DNA of 64,000 nucleotides from a virus (taxonomy: Duplodnaviria; Caudoviricetes): IMG/VR virus record IMGVR_UViG_3300010347_002030; one strand, given 5' to 3'. The position numbers and the translations under genes were made by a program. Shown in pieces: positions 9,325 through 18,719 of this stretch. The number at the start of each line of letters is the position of its first letter. The stretch's first letter is position 1. Below the pieces are notes generated by a model. The model did not search any database and was not told the DNA's origin. It saw nothing but the letters and a program-made list of their open reading frames with translations.

Positions 9325-11496
9325 ATGGACGAAAAATACATCGAAAATCTTGGAATGTCACCACACATTGATGAAGGTCTGTGGGATAGGTTGAAATCAA
9401 GAGTGTCTGCCTTTACTCAAGGAGCGAAGAATATCTCAGGTTTTGGTAACGTTGGAACCACGGAGTCAGCCAAATTCAATTCCCTTTTCCGCAATTTTGT
9501 TAATACGGAACTGTCTCTTATCCGAAGCACCATAAATGCTCTTCAACCGTGGGTTCAACACGCTACGGATGATGAGATGGAGCAATACTGGAACCTTCAA
9601 GAACTCGATTATGCTTTGAAAAGAATTAATCTTGGAAAACTCCCTGTTACTGAGGCTCTTCCTACTTTTAGTAATCTTGGTGCTAGAGCAAAAGGGGGGT
9701 TTCAAAACATTCTTGATTCTTACAAAGCAAGAATTGCTTCTGCTTATGAGAACTTTTTGAATGATGTTCGGAAAATGAATATCGTTCCTGAACAATACAT
9801 TACGAGGAAAATCGTTTCTGCGGTACCCGGAGCAAAAGAAGCACTTGAGGCGTTAGAAAAGGTTATTGAAAAACCAATTCTTGGCTTAACTCCTCCAACT
9901 GTTTCTTCGGCTCCTGCACCGGCTCATGAACCACCAAAAACACCAGCCCCAACTCCTTCTCCTGTTCCAACTACCCCAGAAAAATCAGCAGCAACTACTT
10001 CGGAACCTTTTAAATCTCCAAGTCCTGTTTCATCAACTGGTACAGAACCAAAGGGGTCAACTCCTCCTGCAACTCCAACGAAGGTTGCAGAACCTCCAAA
10101 ACCACCGCCGTCATCTTCTACTGCGGCTCCAACTGACTTACCAAAAGGAACCGAAAAAAAGGCACCTCCAGCGTCAACGGCAGCAACGTCTGCTCCGACA
10201 CCCTCTGGTTCAGAAACGTTATCAGATAAAGCAAAAGACAATATTCTTGATCTTATTCGGAAATCTATAGCATCCATAACTGCTCAACTTAAAAGCGGAG
10301 AGTTGGGGAAAAAAATTGGTGGTTATATCAAACGAGACGCATCAAAAGCGGAATATATTTTTCCCGGTAAAGTTTCAACGATTCTTCCAAATGGAGACAG
10401 ACTTTATTGGCATTTTCGTTACAAATTGGGTAGAGATATGATTTATCATCATATAGAATATCTTCCGGAAGTATTCAGAATAAATCCTGAAACAGGAAAA
10501 CCGGTATCACTTGGAAAAGAGACACGGTGGAAGCCACTCCTGATCTTCAAGGCATCTGATTTATTTGATATGGACGGAAATTTACGCACCGATTTTGATG
10601 TTATAAAGAACATCTCATCTGTAAATCCAGAGCTTCAAAGGTTTTTGAAAGATATAACCGTTGATTCAAAAACAACTGCTGAACTGGTTGATAGTTTAGC
10701 CAGAATTCCAGAAGGTGCTCAACCAGAACCAGAACGTGGTGAAAGACACATGGTTATTCCCCCCGAGAAGATAGGCTCGGGAGAAATCGGTACTCCAGAA
10801 CCCCCCATCGAACCACCTACTGGAAAGGAAAAAATGATCAACCCTCCACCTGAAAAACATGGAAGGGTTGAGAAAATTCCCGCTCCACCAGAAGCAAAAC
10901 CAGAAAAACCACCAAAAAAAGCCGAAGAGCCTCCAAAAACGGCGGGTAAAACTGCTCCTGCTGAAAAGCCAGAAAAACCAAAGTCAAAAATTGAGCCCAA
11001 ACCAGAAGCTCCAAAATCCGAGCCTTCCACAAAGTTGAAGGATTTAGTACCAAAGAAAAAAGCTCCAACTAAGAAACCTGCCGAGAAGCCCATTGAAAAA
11101 CCAGAGACTCCAAAAACTCCCAAGGCCGATCCAGCAGTTGCCGCACCAAAACACGTGGAACCATCTAAACCAACGGTTGTAGCTCCTGCAAAACCAACAG
11201 AGCCAGTCAAATCTGTTCCTACACCACCAACAGATGAGGAAAAACTTGCAAGATTCAATGCAAAATATCTCGCCCCGTATGGGTTGAGTCCTTTTACTTC
11301 ACCAGACCAAATCAAAGCATTTTGGGATGCAGTTGGTGTAACTGGACCGGGAGAAGTACCCGATTGGAAAATCAAAGGTGCTCACCAAGTTGTTACTGGA
11401 AAAAAACCAATAACACCAAGTCCATCTTCGGAAGTTAAACCAACAAAGAAAAAAATCAAAGAAGGGTTTGACTATCGAGACTTTTTCTCCCTATAA
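9325..11496 (+). CDS. Pro/Lys/Thr-rich low-complexity late protein (putative head-internal/ejected protein)
   Basis: 723 aa; TATTTATA 9308-9315; IDE-GLWDRLKS near the N-terminus and IKE-G at the C-terminus; long P/K/E/T tracts. Confidence 0.65.
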   Translation: MDEKYIENLGMSPHIDEGLWDRLKSRVSAFTQGAKNISGFGNVGTTESAKFNSLFRNFVNTELSLIRSTINALQPWVQHATDDEMEQYWNLQELDYALKRINLGKLPVTEALPTFSNLGARAKGGFQNILDSYKARIASAYENFLNDVRKMNIVPEQYITRKIVSAVPGAKEALEALEKVIEKPILGLTPPTVSSAPAPAHEPPKTPAPTPSPVPTTPEKSAATTSEPFKSPSPVSSTGTEPKGSTPPATPTKVAEPPKPPPSSSTAAPTDLPKGTEKKAPPASTAATSAPTPSGSETLSDKAKDNILDLIRKSIASITAQLKSGELGKKIGGYIKRDASKAEYIFPGKVSTILPNGDRLYWHFRYKLGRDMIYHHIEYLPEVFRINPETGKPVSLGKETRWKPLLIFKASDLFDMDGNLRTDFDVIKNISSVNPELQRFLKDITVDSKTTAELVDSLARIPEGAQPEPERGERHMVIPPEKIGSGEIGTPEPPIEPPTGKEKMINPPPEKHGRVEKIPAPPEAKPEKPPKKAEEPPKTAGKTAPAEKPEKPKSKIEPKPEAPKSEPSTKLKDLVPKKKAPTKKPAEKPIEKPETPKTPKADPAVAAPKHVEPSKPTVVAPAKPTEPVKSVPTPPTDEEKLARFNAKYLAPYGLSPFTSPDQIKAFWDAVGVTGPGEVPDWKIKGAHQVVTGKKPITPSPSSEVKPTKKKIKEGFDYRDFFSL

Positions 11497-11529
11497 CTTT
11501 CTACTATGAAACAGTTACATTCTATACTC

Positions 11530-11655
11530 TGTACTTTGTACTTTGTACTATGTACTTTATAATTTGTACTTTGTACTTTGTACTATGTACTTTATAATTT
11601 GTACTTTGTACTTTGTACTATGTACTTTATAATTTGTACTATGTACTATGTACTA
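11530..11655. repeat. Heptamer tandem array with 35-bp higher-order unit
   Basis: (TGTACTT TGTACTT TGTACTA TGTACTT TATAATT)x3 at 11530-11634, then TGTACTA x3; intergenic. Confidence 0.95.
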
Positions 11656-11676
11656 TTAATTGGGAAGGTTATAGGA

Positions 11677-11705
11677 AACCTATCGTATAAAAACTCAACT
11701 GTCAA
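11677..11705 (-). promoter_or_regulatory. Sigma70-like promoter firing into the heptamer array
   Basis: Minus strand TTGACA (11705-11700), 17-nt spacer, TAGGTT (11682-11677); no ORF downstream. Confidence 0.5.
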
Positions 11706-11714
11706 CTTATTTTA

Positions 11715-12275
11715 ATGCAAACTGATTATGTGCTATATCTCGACATGGATGGTGTTATTACCGATTTTGACGGTGGTTTCAAAAAACTTTCCGGTGGGAT
11801 TGGTGTAAAGGAATATGAAGCTATTCACGGAAAAGGAAGTGAATCCACTTTGTACTTAACAAATCCCTATTCTTTTTTTATTGGATTGGAATGGATTTAT
11901 GGTGGAAAAGAATTAGTTCGTTTTGCTTTATCTCATTTCAAAGTGGTTCGAATTTTGTCATCTGCTGGCACGGGAGATAATTGGTCTAAATTCAAAGAGG
12001 TTCAGGAGGCAAAGATTAGATGGGTTCAGTCCAATATACCCCAAATTGAGAAGCAGAATATAATCATAGTTCCATTTGCGAGCCTCAAAGCCGCTCAGTA
12101 CTCCGGACCTAACCAAATCATAGTAGATGATAAGGATAAAACAATTAAACAATGGAATGAAAAAGGTGGTATTGGAATTCTTCACGTCTCTTTCAAATGG
12201 CAGGCTACTGTTAACGCTCTTTTTCCTTATACTAAAACCCCTGTAAAGCTTAAAGAAATTGTCGAGACTTTATGA
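11715..12275 (+). CDS. HAD-family 5'(3')-deoxyribonucleotidase
   Basis: YLDMDGVITDF (DxDGV), ILSS, K, IIVDD, W..KGGIGILH. Confidence 0.85.
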   Translation: MQTDYVLYLDMDGVITDFDGGFKKLSGGIGVKEYEAIHGKGSESTLYLTNPYSFFIGLEWIYGGKELVRFALSHFKVVRILSSAGTGDNWSKFKEVQEAKIRWVQSNIPQIEKQNIIIVPFASLKAAQYSGPNQIIVDDKDKTIKQWNEKGGIGILHVSFKWQATVNALFPYTKTPVKLKEIVETL

Positions 12276-12313
12276 GATAAATTGATATTTATACGTATCA
12301 ACTCATTTCACGT

Positions 12314-14281
12314 ATGAAAGACCGTCTCATTGAAACTATTGATAATCTCATTCAGCGTTTGTTGAATGAAAATCCTGATACTGTTACTGACAAAAATGGA
12401 AATACTGTTGTTCGATGTAGTAAAGGTCCAGCCGTTGCGTTCAAATTAATGAAACAAGGGAATCAGGAAAACGCACCTGTCAAGGTTCTTTATAATGACC
12501 AACGTACAAGCGGAAGAGCGGCATGGCATGGTGATATTAATATGCCTGCACCACCGGGAAGTTATGAAGTTCTCCGTGGAAGACTTTGGAGCGACAAGAA
12601 AATTCTTTCGTTCTATGAAAATGAACAACGAGTTGATGATTATCGTGACATAATCGAAAAATTCTTTAAGGATATTGGTGAGAACATTGACGACTATTAC
12701 GTGGAATATGGTGATTCCGCACGTTACGACGGATTTGTAAAATGGAAACATTCATCTGGGTCATACAAAGCTCCAAGACTGGAAATTCCTCCTGAGATTA
12801 GAAAGAAGATCGACATTCTTCTTCCGCAATTTCATCTTGCTGCGCCGGGACCAGAAAAAGACAAAATCAAAAAGGAACTTGACAAGTTATACAAACAGGC
12901 CGGTGCCGAAAATGAAAGGGAAGCCAATATCAAAGCATATATTAAGGCTGCGGGACGTAAAAAAATTCCATTTGAAAAAGGTGGTGGTGCTGGAATGGCG
13001 AGTTATACCGGAAGGCTTCCAGCAATTGCTGAGGATATTGTTCAGCTTCATAACAAAACTCTTTGTCCGGAACTTTGGGATTCCGATAAACATCTTGATC
13101 CCGAAGTTCGAAAGGTGCTTCTCCAGATAGCGTTTGATTTTTACATGGACACTGAACTCCAATTAAAGATACAAGACGTGTATCTTTTGGGATCAACTGC
13201 AAATTACAACTGGACACCTGAAAGTGATATAGATGTTCATATTGTTGTGGACGGTTCTACTCTTGGATTGGATCAGAAAACCCGAGAGAAATTTTTCCGT
13301 TCGTTGGCAGGAAAATGGAATCTGGAACACGATATTAAAGTAAAAGGACATGAGGTAGAACTTTACATTCAGGATATCAACGAAAAAAACTCTGCAACGG
13401 CTATCTACTCTCTCGTAAAAGACCAATGGATAAAGCCTCCGACGCCGGAAAAACTTTCAATCGATAAGGAACAAATTCAGAAGAAGTACTCCATGTGGGT
13501 GGAATGTATCAATGATACTATTCAAAAGAAAGACGACAAAAAATTGAAAAAAATTCTGGAGTCACTCCGTAAGTATCGTCAAGCCGGATTGACCAGAGAA
13601 GGTGAATTCAGTACTGAAAATATAGTCTTCAAAATCCTCCGTTCTCGTGGGTTTCTTGAAAAGATTAAAGATGCTTACAATCAGTTTTACGACAAAAAAA
13701 TGACGGTGGATGATGTATTTGATCCAACTTCTCAAGGACCAAATCCATCCGTTGATATTGGTCAAGATAACGGTGGATTCTATCGTTCAATGAACAGTAA
13801 AATGCGACGATTGGAAGAAAACAAACAAGTATTCAAAAGCAAGTATTTTACCGTGTTTTGGAATATTCCATATGTTAGTAAAGGGGTGGGGGTTATAATG
13901 TTAGGGAATGAACCACCCAAGGGGCTTCATGATCCCAATTGGTTTGCTAACATGTTTCGATGGGGAGGGGAAGGAAAATGGATAATTAACGCACATACTG
14001 GAGCATTTCAACATAAGTTTTCGTCTCCTAATGTTAATTTCGAAACGCCAGAAGAGCTACTAACTTATCTGGATGACTGGTGGTCTAAAAATCAGTTGAG
14101 AGAAGGTTACGGTGCTGGTAAAATTGGTACGGACAGATTAAAAATCAAGAATCCGGATGGTTCGGTTAGACGCTGGCAGATTCGAAGTAAAGATGCTCCC
14201 AAAACTCCCAAAATGACAGAGGAAACTCTAAACCTTGTAAACGAGGTCTTAGATGAGGTTCTTCCAATGCCAAAAAAGTAA
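12314..14281 (+). CDS. Multi-domain late protein with pol-beta-type nucleotidyltransferase domain
   Basis: LLGSTANYNWTPESDIDVHIV (hGS...DhD), HEVELYIQD, KYRQAGL...GEFSTENIVFKILR; TATTTATA 12286-12293. Confidence 0.75.
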   Translation: MKDRLIETIDNLIQRLLNENPDTVTDKNGNTVVRCSKGPAVAFKLMKQGNQENAPVKVLYNDQRTSGRAAWHGDINMPAPPGSYEVLRGRLWSDKKILSFYENEQRVDDYRDIIEKFFKDIGENIDDYYVEYGDSARYDGFVKWKHSSGSYKAPRLEIPPEIRKKIDILLPQFHLAAPGPEKDKIKKELDKLYKQAGAENEREANIKAYIKAAGRKKIPFEKGGGAGMASYTGRLPAIAEDIVQLHNKTLCPELWDSDKHLDPEVRKVLLQIAFDFYMDTELQLKIQDVYLLGSTANYNWTPESDIDVHIVVDGSTLGLDQKTREKFFRSLAGKWNLEHDIKVKGHEVELYIQDINEKNSATAIYSLVKDQWIKPPTPEKLSIDKEQIQKKYSMWVECINDTIQKKDDKKLKKILESLRKYRQAGLTREGEFSTENIVFKILRSRGFLEKIKDAYNQFYDKKMTVDDVFDPTSQGPNPSVDIGQDNGGFYRSMNSKMRRLEENKQVFKSKYFTVFWNIPYVSKGVGVIMLGNEPPKGLHDPNWFANMFRWGGEGKWIINAHTGAFQHKFSSPNVNFETPEELLTYLDDWWSKNQLREGYGAGKIGTDRLKIKNPDGSVRRWQIRSKDAPKTPKMTEETLNLVNEVLDEVLPMPKK

Positions 14282-14326
14282 GCGATTTTGGAATTTCCTG
14301 AACAATAAACATTCAAAAAGTCAATC

Positions 14327-15883
14327 TCATGACGTTTTCATGTCATCGTTAGCTGATTGAAGCTGTAAAATTGATTTCTCTTTTGGTGTCCATAGCCATT
14401 TACTATGGCCGCAATCCCATATCCGATCAAATCCGTTTTGCTTCATGTTTTCCCATTCTGATAGCGAACTATCAAAATTTGAAAGTTTAGAACGAAGTTT
14501 GTGTTTTTGAAATTGCATTCGATGCATTAAATGTTTGTAGTCCTTTGAAATATAATGATAGGACGGAGGAGTATTTCTGACAAACTCAAACCCTAATTTA
14601 GAATAAAGGGATCCATCAAAGTATCTTCGGTCACTATAAGAAACAATGGACTCCGGTGAATAAGTTCTAACAAAATGAGTAAATAATTTGCTAGCCCCGC
14701 CACAAATAACTGTGTTCAACTTATTACAAAATCGTACCATTTCCCATTCACTTGTTTTGTCAAACCGTGATGTTTTACGAAATGTCATTACGGAAACCAA
14801 TTCCCCTTCGAAGTCAAGTCCGAGTTTTATTGTGGATTTGTCTTTTCCTTGTAAATGATTGGCTGTAAGAAATGCATCCTTTTCCTGAATGGATATATCT
14901 CGGACGCTACAATGTCGGGCATGAAGTTTAGTCAAATGAGCTACATCATTCAATTTATTTCGAATGATCGACTTAACTATTTCTTGGTTGTCTCTCCATT
15001 CATTTTCAAAAATATGAACCAATGAAATTCCATGAAAGAGACATCCTTTGGTTTTATTAAGATGATAGGTTTTTACATGTCCCCCTCCATTTTCGGAATG
15101 CCAAAATAGACCATTGAGTTCGAATGCTGTGTTTTTATCCTTAATCAAAAAATCCAGTTCTTTTCCATAAAGAATTGTTCGGTCTCTCCTTTTAATTACT
15201 CCCGCTCCGCAAGATGTAAGAAAATCAAAAAATGTATTCTCCAATGTGGCTGATCGATTGGGATTACATTTTTCACAAAACAAATTGTCCAAGTTATACA
15301 CCGTACTCTCAAATACGTGGGAACATTTTTTACAGGCGAACTTGTAACAAAATGAGAAGTGGTATCCCTGATATTCGGATAAACTAAACATGGGAATCAA
15401 GTTCTCTTTTTCACAAAAATCTTTTAGGAAGGCATAATGACTTTCTCGTCTTGCTTGAATTCTACGATTCATTATTTCTTCCGATTTGCAGATGTTATCG
15501 ACACCATATCGTTCAAGACAAGTTTGTTTTGCTTGTTCTCTATTCGTGTAGTTTTCATCTCCATATCGTTTCTTTTTTGTTGCTTTAACTTTCTGACGAT
15601 GTTCTGGAGATTGCCCATACCAATCCACTCCATGTAATCTCTGCATTGTTGCTTTGAATTTTTCTTTGACGCTTTCATGGGTCATTGGATGTGTTCCGCC
15701 GTATTTTTCGTGATATGTTCTTTCTTGTCCCTGTTTTATTTTTTCTAATACCAATGGACTGTGGTTAGAACAAGATCGGCTACAAAAAGTTTGGTGCTTT
15801 TTTTGGTATGGAACGACGAATGATTTCTTACAGGTAGGGCAGAACTTTTCAACTGTTAATGGATTTTTCCTAGGTCTTGCCAT
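14327..15883 (-). CDS. Hef-like homing endonuclease family protein, paralogue of 7075..8583
   Basis: CPTC...CSRSC Zn motif, KYG repeats, ELDFLI...AFELNGLFWH, WEMVRFC...GGASKLF...SYSDRRY...IWDCG; ATG 15883 preferred. Confidence 0.75.
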   Translation of the reverse strand: MARPRKNPLTVEKFCPTCKKSFVVPYQKKHQTFCSRSCSNHSPLVLEKIKQGQERTYHEKYGGTHPMTHESVKEKFKATMQRLHGVDWYGQSPEHRQKVKATKKKRYGDENYTNREQAKQTCLERYGVDNICKSEEIMNRRIQARRESHYAFLKDFCEKENLIPMFSLSEYQGYHFSFCYKFACKKCSHVFESTVYNLDNLFCEKCNPNRSATLENTFFDFLTSCGAGVIKRRDRTILYGKELDFLIKDKNTAFELNGLFWHSENGGGHVKTYHLNKTKGCLFHGISLVHIFENEWRDNQEIVKSIIRNKLNDVAHLTKLHARHCSVRDISIQEKDAFLTANHLQGKDKSTIKLGLDFEGELVSVMTFRKTSRFDKTSEWEMVRFCNKLNTVICGGASKLFTHFVRTYSPESIVSYSDRRYFDGSLYSKLGFEFVRNTPPSYHYISKDYKHLMHRMQFQKHKLRSKLSNFDSSLSEWENMKQNGFDRIWDCGHSKWLWTPKEKSILQLQSANDDMKTS

Positions 15884-16007
15884 AATAAACTTTTGGTTCG
15901 TATAGGGATAAGTATTATACAAAATAACCAATCCATCAAGATTTTTTAACTTTCAAAGTATTTATACGATGATGAGCATTTTTAACAATCAACTATAGGA
16001 CCGAAAT

Positions 16008-16499
16008 ATGGCCGATCTTCTCACAAACAACGAAATATTTTTCACGATGTATGAGCCAAAGGTTCAAAATCGATTTATCATGTATATCGATGGCGTGCCT
16101 GCGTTTCTCATTCGAAAAACTGACCGTCCAAAGTGGACCTCTGAAAAAATGACGTTGGACCACATTAACATTCAACGTTACTACAAGGGAAAGACCAAAT
16201 GGGAGGAAATTACCATCGAAATGTATGACGCCATTGTACCTTCGGCGGCTCAAGCAGTTTTCGAATGGTTCCGTTTGTCCCACGAATCCGTAACTGGACG
16301 TGACGGCTATATGGATTTCTATAAAAAAGATATTATCATTAACGTGGTTGGCCCTGTGGGCGACAAAGTTGAAGAATGGAAGCTCGTTGGTGCGTTCCCA
16401 ATTTCTTTTGATGGGGGTACGTTAGATTGGACCAACGGCGGTGATGCTTTGCTCGCTACTGCCACTTTGAGCTACGATTACGCTATACTTCAATTTTGA
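16008..16499 (+). CDS. Tail tube protein (gp19-like)
   Basis: EPKVQNRF, RYYKGKTKWEEITI, FYKKDI, GPVGDKVEEWKLVGAFP, TLSYDYA; TATTTATA 15959-15966. Confidence 0.93.
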   Translation: MADLLTNNEIFFTMYEPKVQNRFIMYIDGVPAFLIRKTDRPKWTSEKMTLDHINIQRYYKGKTKWEEITIEMYDAIVPSAAQAVFEWFRLSHESVTGRDGYMDFYKKDIIINVVGPVGDKVEEWKLVGAFPISFDGGTLDWTNGGDALLATATLSYDYAILQF

Positions 16500-16578
16500 T
16501 GTTTTTAATAATCAAACATTTATAATTTTTCTTTTTAGTAATATTTATATTTGACCACTTGCGGAATCTATAAGGAAA

Positions 16579-16606
16579 GCCCCCGAAACGGATTTCGGGG
16601 GTTTTT
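16579..16606 (+). terminator. Intrinsic terminator after tail tube
   Basis: gcccccgaaa-cgga-tttcgggggt plus T run. Confidence 0.85.
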
Positions 16607-16633
16607 CTTGTACGGAACGATATTTATATCCAT

Positions 16634-17290
16634 ATGAAGAAAGAACTCTTGGAATATCTCATTCGTGAATGCGTCAAAGAAGTTTTAGAAGCATTTCCAC
16701 AAGAACCGGAAACCGTTGGAGCCCCGGCTCCACCAGCAGCAGGACAAGGCACAGCAGATCAACCAGCTATTCCACAACAATCAGCAACAACATCACCCGA
16801 AGGTGTTCCGTTGATGCCGGGAACAAAAGGATTGTGGTATGTTGATCCTAAGAAGCCCCAGAAGCCAATGCCGTTGCAAGTCCAAGGTAGAGACCCCGCA
16901 TCTATCGAGAGACAACTCTATCGAACTGCATCCAAAAGTGGTGGTCCAAGAGTGAAGATTTCTTCGGCGGCACTGAGAGAAGTTCCAAAGGTTCTTACCA
17001 ATCCAAATGCTTCTTTGTTTCTTTACATCGGCAAACAAAACCCAGATGACCCAGATGAGGAGTTATACCTGTTACCATCCAAGACACTTCAACAAGCACA
17101 AGCCGATAGTGTTAGTCCCGAAATTTCGGCGGAACATCCAATTACTGCTCTTCCAGAACCGGATCCGATAACAGGCGCAATTCCAGCCGGAAAAACGATG
17201 GCACCAAATATTGATGAATCGTCTAAATTCCACACTATGATTTCAACAATGATTCGTGAAGCATTGCATGAAATCAAAAGGAAGAAATAA
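16634..17290 (+). CDS. Hypothetical late protein (LIRECVKE motif)
   Basis: TATTTATA 16621-16628; N- and C-terminal hhRE/KE amphipathic motifs. Confidence 0.65.
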   Translation: MKKELLEYLIRECVKEVLEAFPQEPETVGAPAPPAAGQGTADQPAIPQQSATTSPEGVPLMPGTKGLWYVDPKKPQKPMPLQVQGRDPASIERQLYRTASKSGGPRVKISSAALREVPKVLTNPNASLFLYIGKQNPDDPDEELYLLPSKTLQQAQADSVSPEISAEHPITALPEPDPITGAIPAGKTMAPNIDESSKFHTMISTMIREALHEIKRKK

Positions 17291-17607
17291 TGCGAAAATC
17301 TGAACTCAAAAAACTTGTTCGTATTATTGTCAAGGAGACATTTGATGCTCTATCTATGGCGTCTCCATCAGATGTAGATTCTACAATGGCTGCAACAGAT
17401 GTAGCGGCAGCACCAACTGCATCGGCTAGTGCAGCGGAAAAAGCTAAACAGGAGCGAGAGTTTCGTAAGACTATCCAAAAGAAACTTAGAGCTACCCAAA
17501 AAGCAAAAAAACTGGACATTGATAAACACAAAGCCGAAGACAAACAGTTCAAAATTAAAAAGAAAGCCTACGATAAAACAGAACGAGATCTCAAAATGAG
17601 TTTATAA
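17290..17607 (+). CDS. Hypothetical basic late protein (MRKSELKKLVRIIVKE)
   Basis: TAATG-coupled to the previous gene. Confidence 0.65.
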   Translation: MRKSELKKLVRIIVKETFDALSMASPSDVDSTMAATDVAAAPTASASAAEKAKQEREFRKTIQKKLRATQKAKKLDIDKHKAEDKQFKIKKKAYDKTERDLKMSL

Positions 17608-17659
17608 AAAAACGAAAAATTGTTACATCCCGCTATGTATTCGATGAAAGAATAGTTTT

Positions 17660-18481
17660 ATGAGTGATCAAATTGTTTCTATTACGAAGCCGGGAGCACG
17701 TCCCGCACCACCACAAACAACGAAACAGGAAAGTATTTTTCCATCGGAAGTTATTAGTCTTCCAAGCAAGGGTTGGTTTTATCCAGAGAATACACCCCTT
17801 GCAACAGGTCAGTTAGAACTTAAAGTAATGACAGCCAAAGAGGAAGACATTCTAACTTCCAAGAATCTTATTACAAAAGGTATTGTCCTTGATAAGCTTC
17901 TTGAGTCCCTTATTGTGGAGAAAGCAATTAACCCTGCTGACATGTTTAATTGTGATCGTAATGCTGCATTTGTTGCCATTCGTCGTATGGCATATGGTGA
18001 CACTTACAAGGCGAAGGTGTCCTGTCCAAAATGTAATGCAGACAATTCGGTTGTAATTGATCTTGGTAAAATGGATAACAGGCCATTTGATTTCGACAAA
18101 TATCCAAGGGGACAAAACTCGTTTGAGTTTGAGCTTCCGCTTTCAAAACGAATCGTAACGTTCCGTCTTCTTACGAAGAAGGACGAAGACGCTATCGATG
18201 CTGATTTGAAAGCAATGCAGAAGGTAAATCCAGATATCTCCAACGAGATTACTACTCGTTTGAAACATGTTATTATTGCATTAGATGGCAATCCAGATAA
18301 GGGAGCTATTCGTAAGTTTGTTGATGAAATGCGTGCAGGCGATAGTTTGGCCCTTCGTCAACATATTCGGACAACCACCCCAGATATCGATATGACCTTT
18401 GACTTCCAGTGTTCTTCTTGTGGCACCGAAAGAAGGGAGGATATACCCCTTGGGGTGGAATTTTTTTGGCCTAACGGATGA
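17660..18481 (+). CDS. Baseplate hub/tail assembly chaperone (gp26-like)
   Basis: LPSKGWFYP, MTAKEEDILT, CPKC and CSSC Zn motifs, ends FFWP; lies between tube and tape measure. Confidence 0.8.
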   Translation: MSDQIVSITKPGARPAPPQTTKQESIFPSEVISLPSKGWFYPENTPLATGQLELKVMTAKEEDILTSKNLITKGIVLDKLLESLIVEKAINPADMFNCDRNAAFVAIRRMAYGDTYKAKVSCPKCNADNSVVIDLGKMDNRPFDFDKYPRGQNSFEFELPLSKRIVTFRLLTKKDEDAIDADLKAMQKVNPDISNEITTRLKHVIIALDGNPDKGAIRKFVDEMRAGDSLALRQHIRTTTPDIDMTFDFQCSSCGTERREDIPLGVEFFWPNG

Positions 18482-18719
18482 GTACGTTTTGACGACGTAC
18501 CAACAAATCTACGAGTGCGATAGATTTGATTTTTTCACCTTGTACACAATGCCTGTCCCCAAACGAAATTTTTATTTCCGCTATACTATGAAGCGGGCCG
18601 AAGATGAGAAGAAAGCCATGGAGAAATCTAGAGGAGTTAATGAGGGAACCCCGGTGAGTAAAAAAGAACTCAATGCACTTCCTAGTTTTATGAGAGGTCA
18701 GGCGTCAGCAAGAGGTTAA
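18462..18719 (+). CDS. Tail assembly chaperone extension, probably reached by programmed frameshift
   Basis: Overlapping +1 frame entered at a T7 run (18461-18467); YQQIYE...LYTMPVPKRNFY; no convincing own start. Confidence 0.55.
   Translation, partial: FFGLTDEYVLTTYQQIYECDRFDFFTLYTMPVPKRNFYFRYTMKRAEDEKKAMEKSRGVNEGTPVSKKELNALPSFMRGQASARG

Noticed and set aside
11530-11655. CRISPR array
   Set aside because: Units are contiguous with no unique spacers and there are no cas genes in the window
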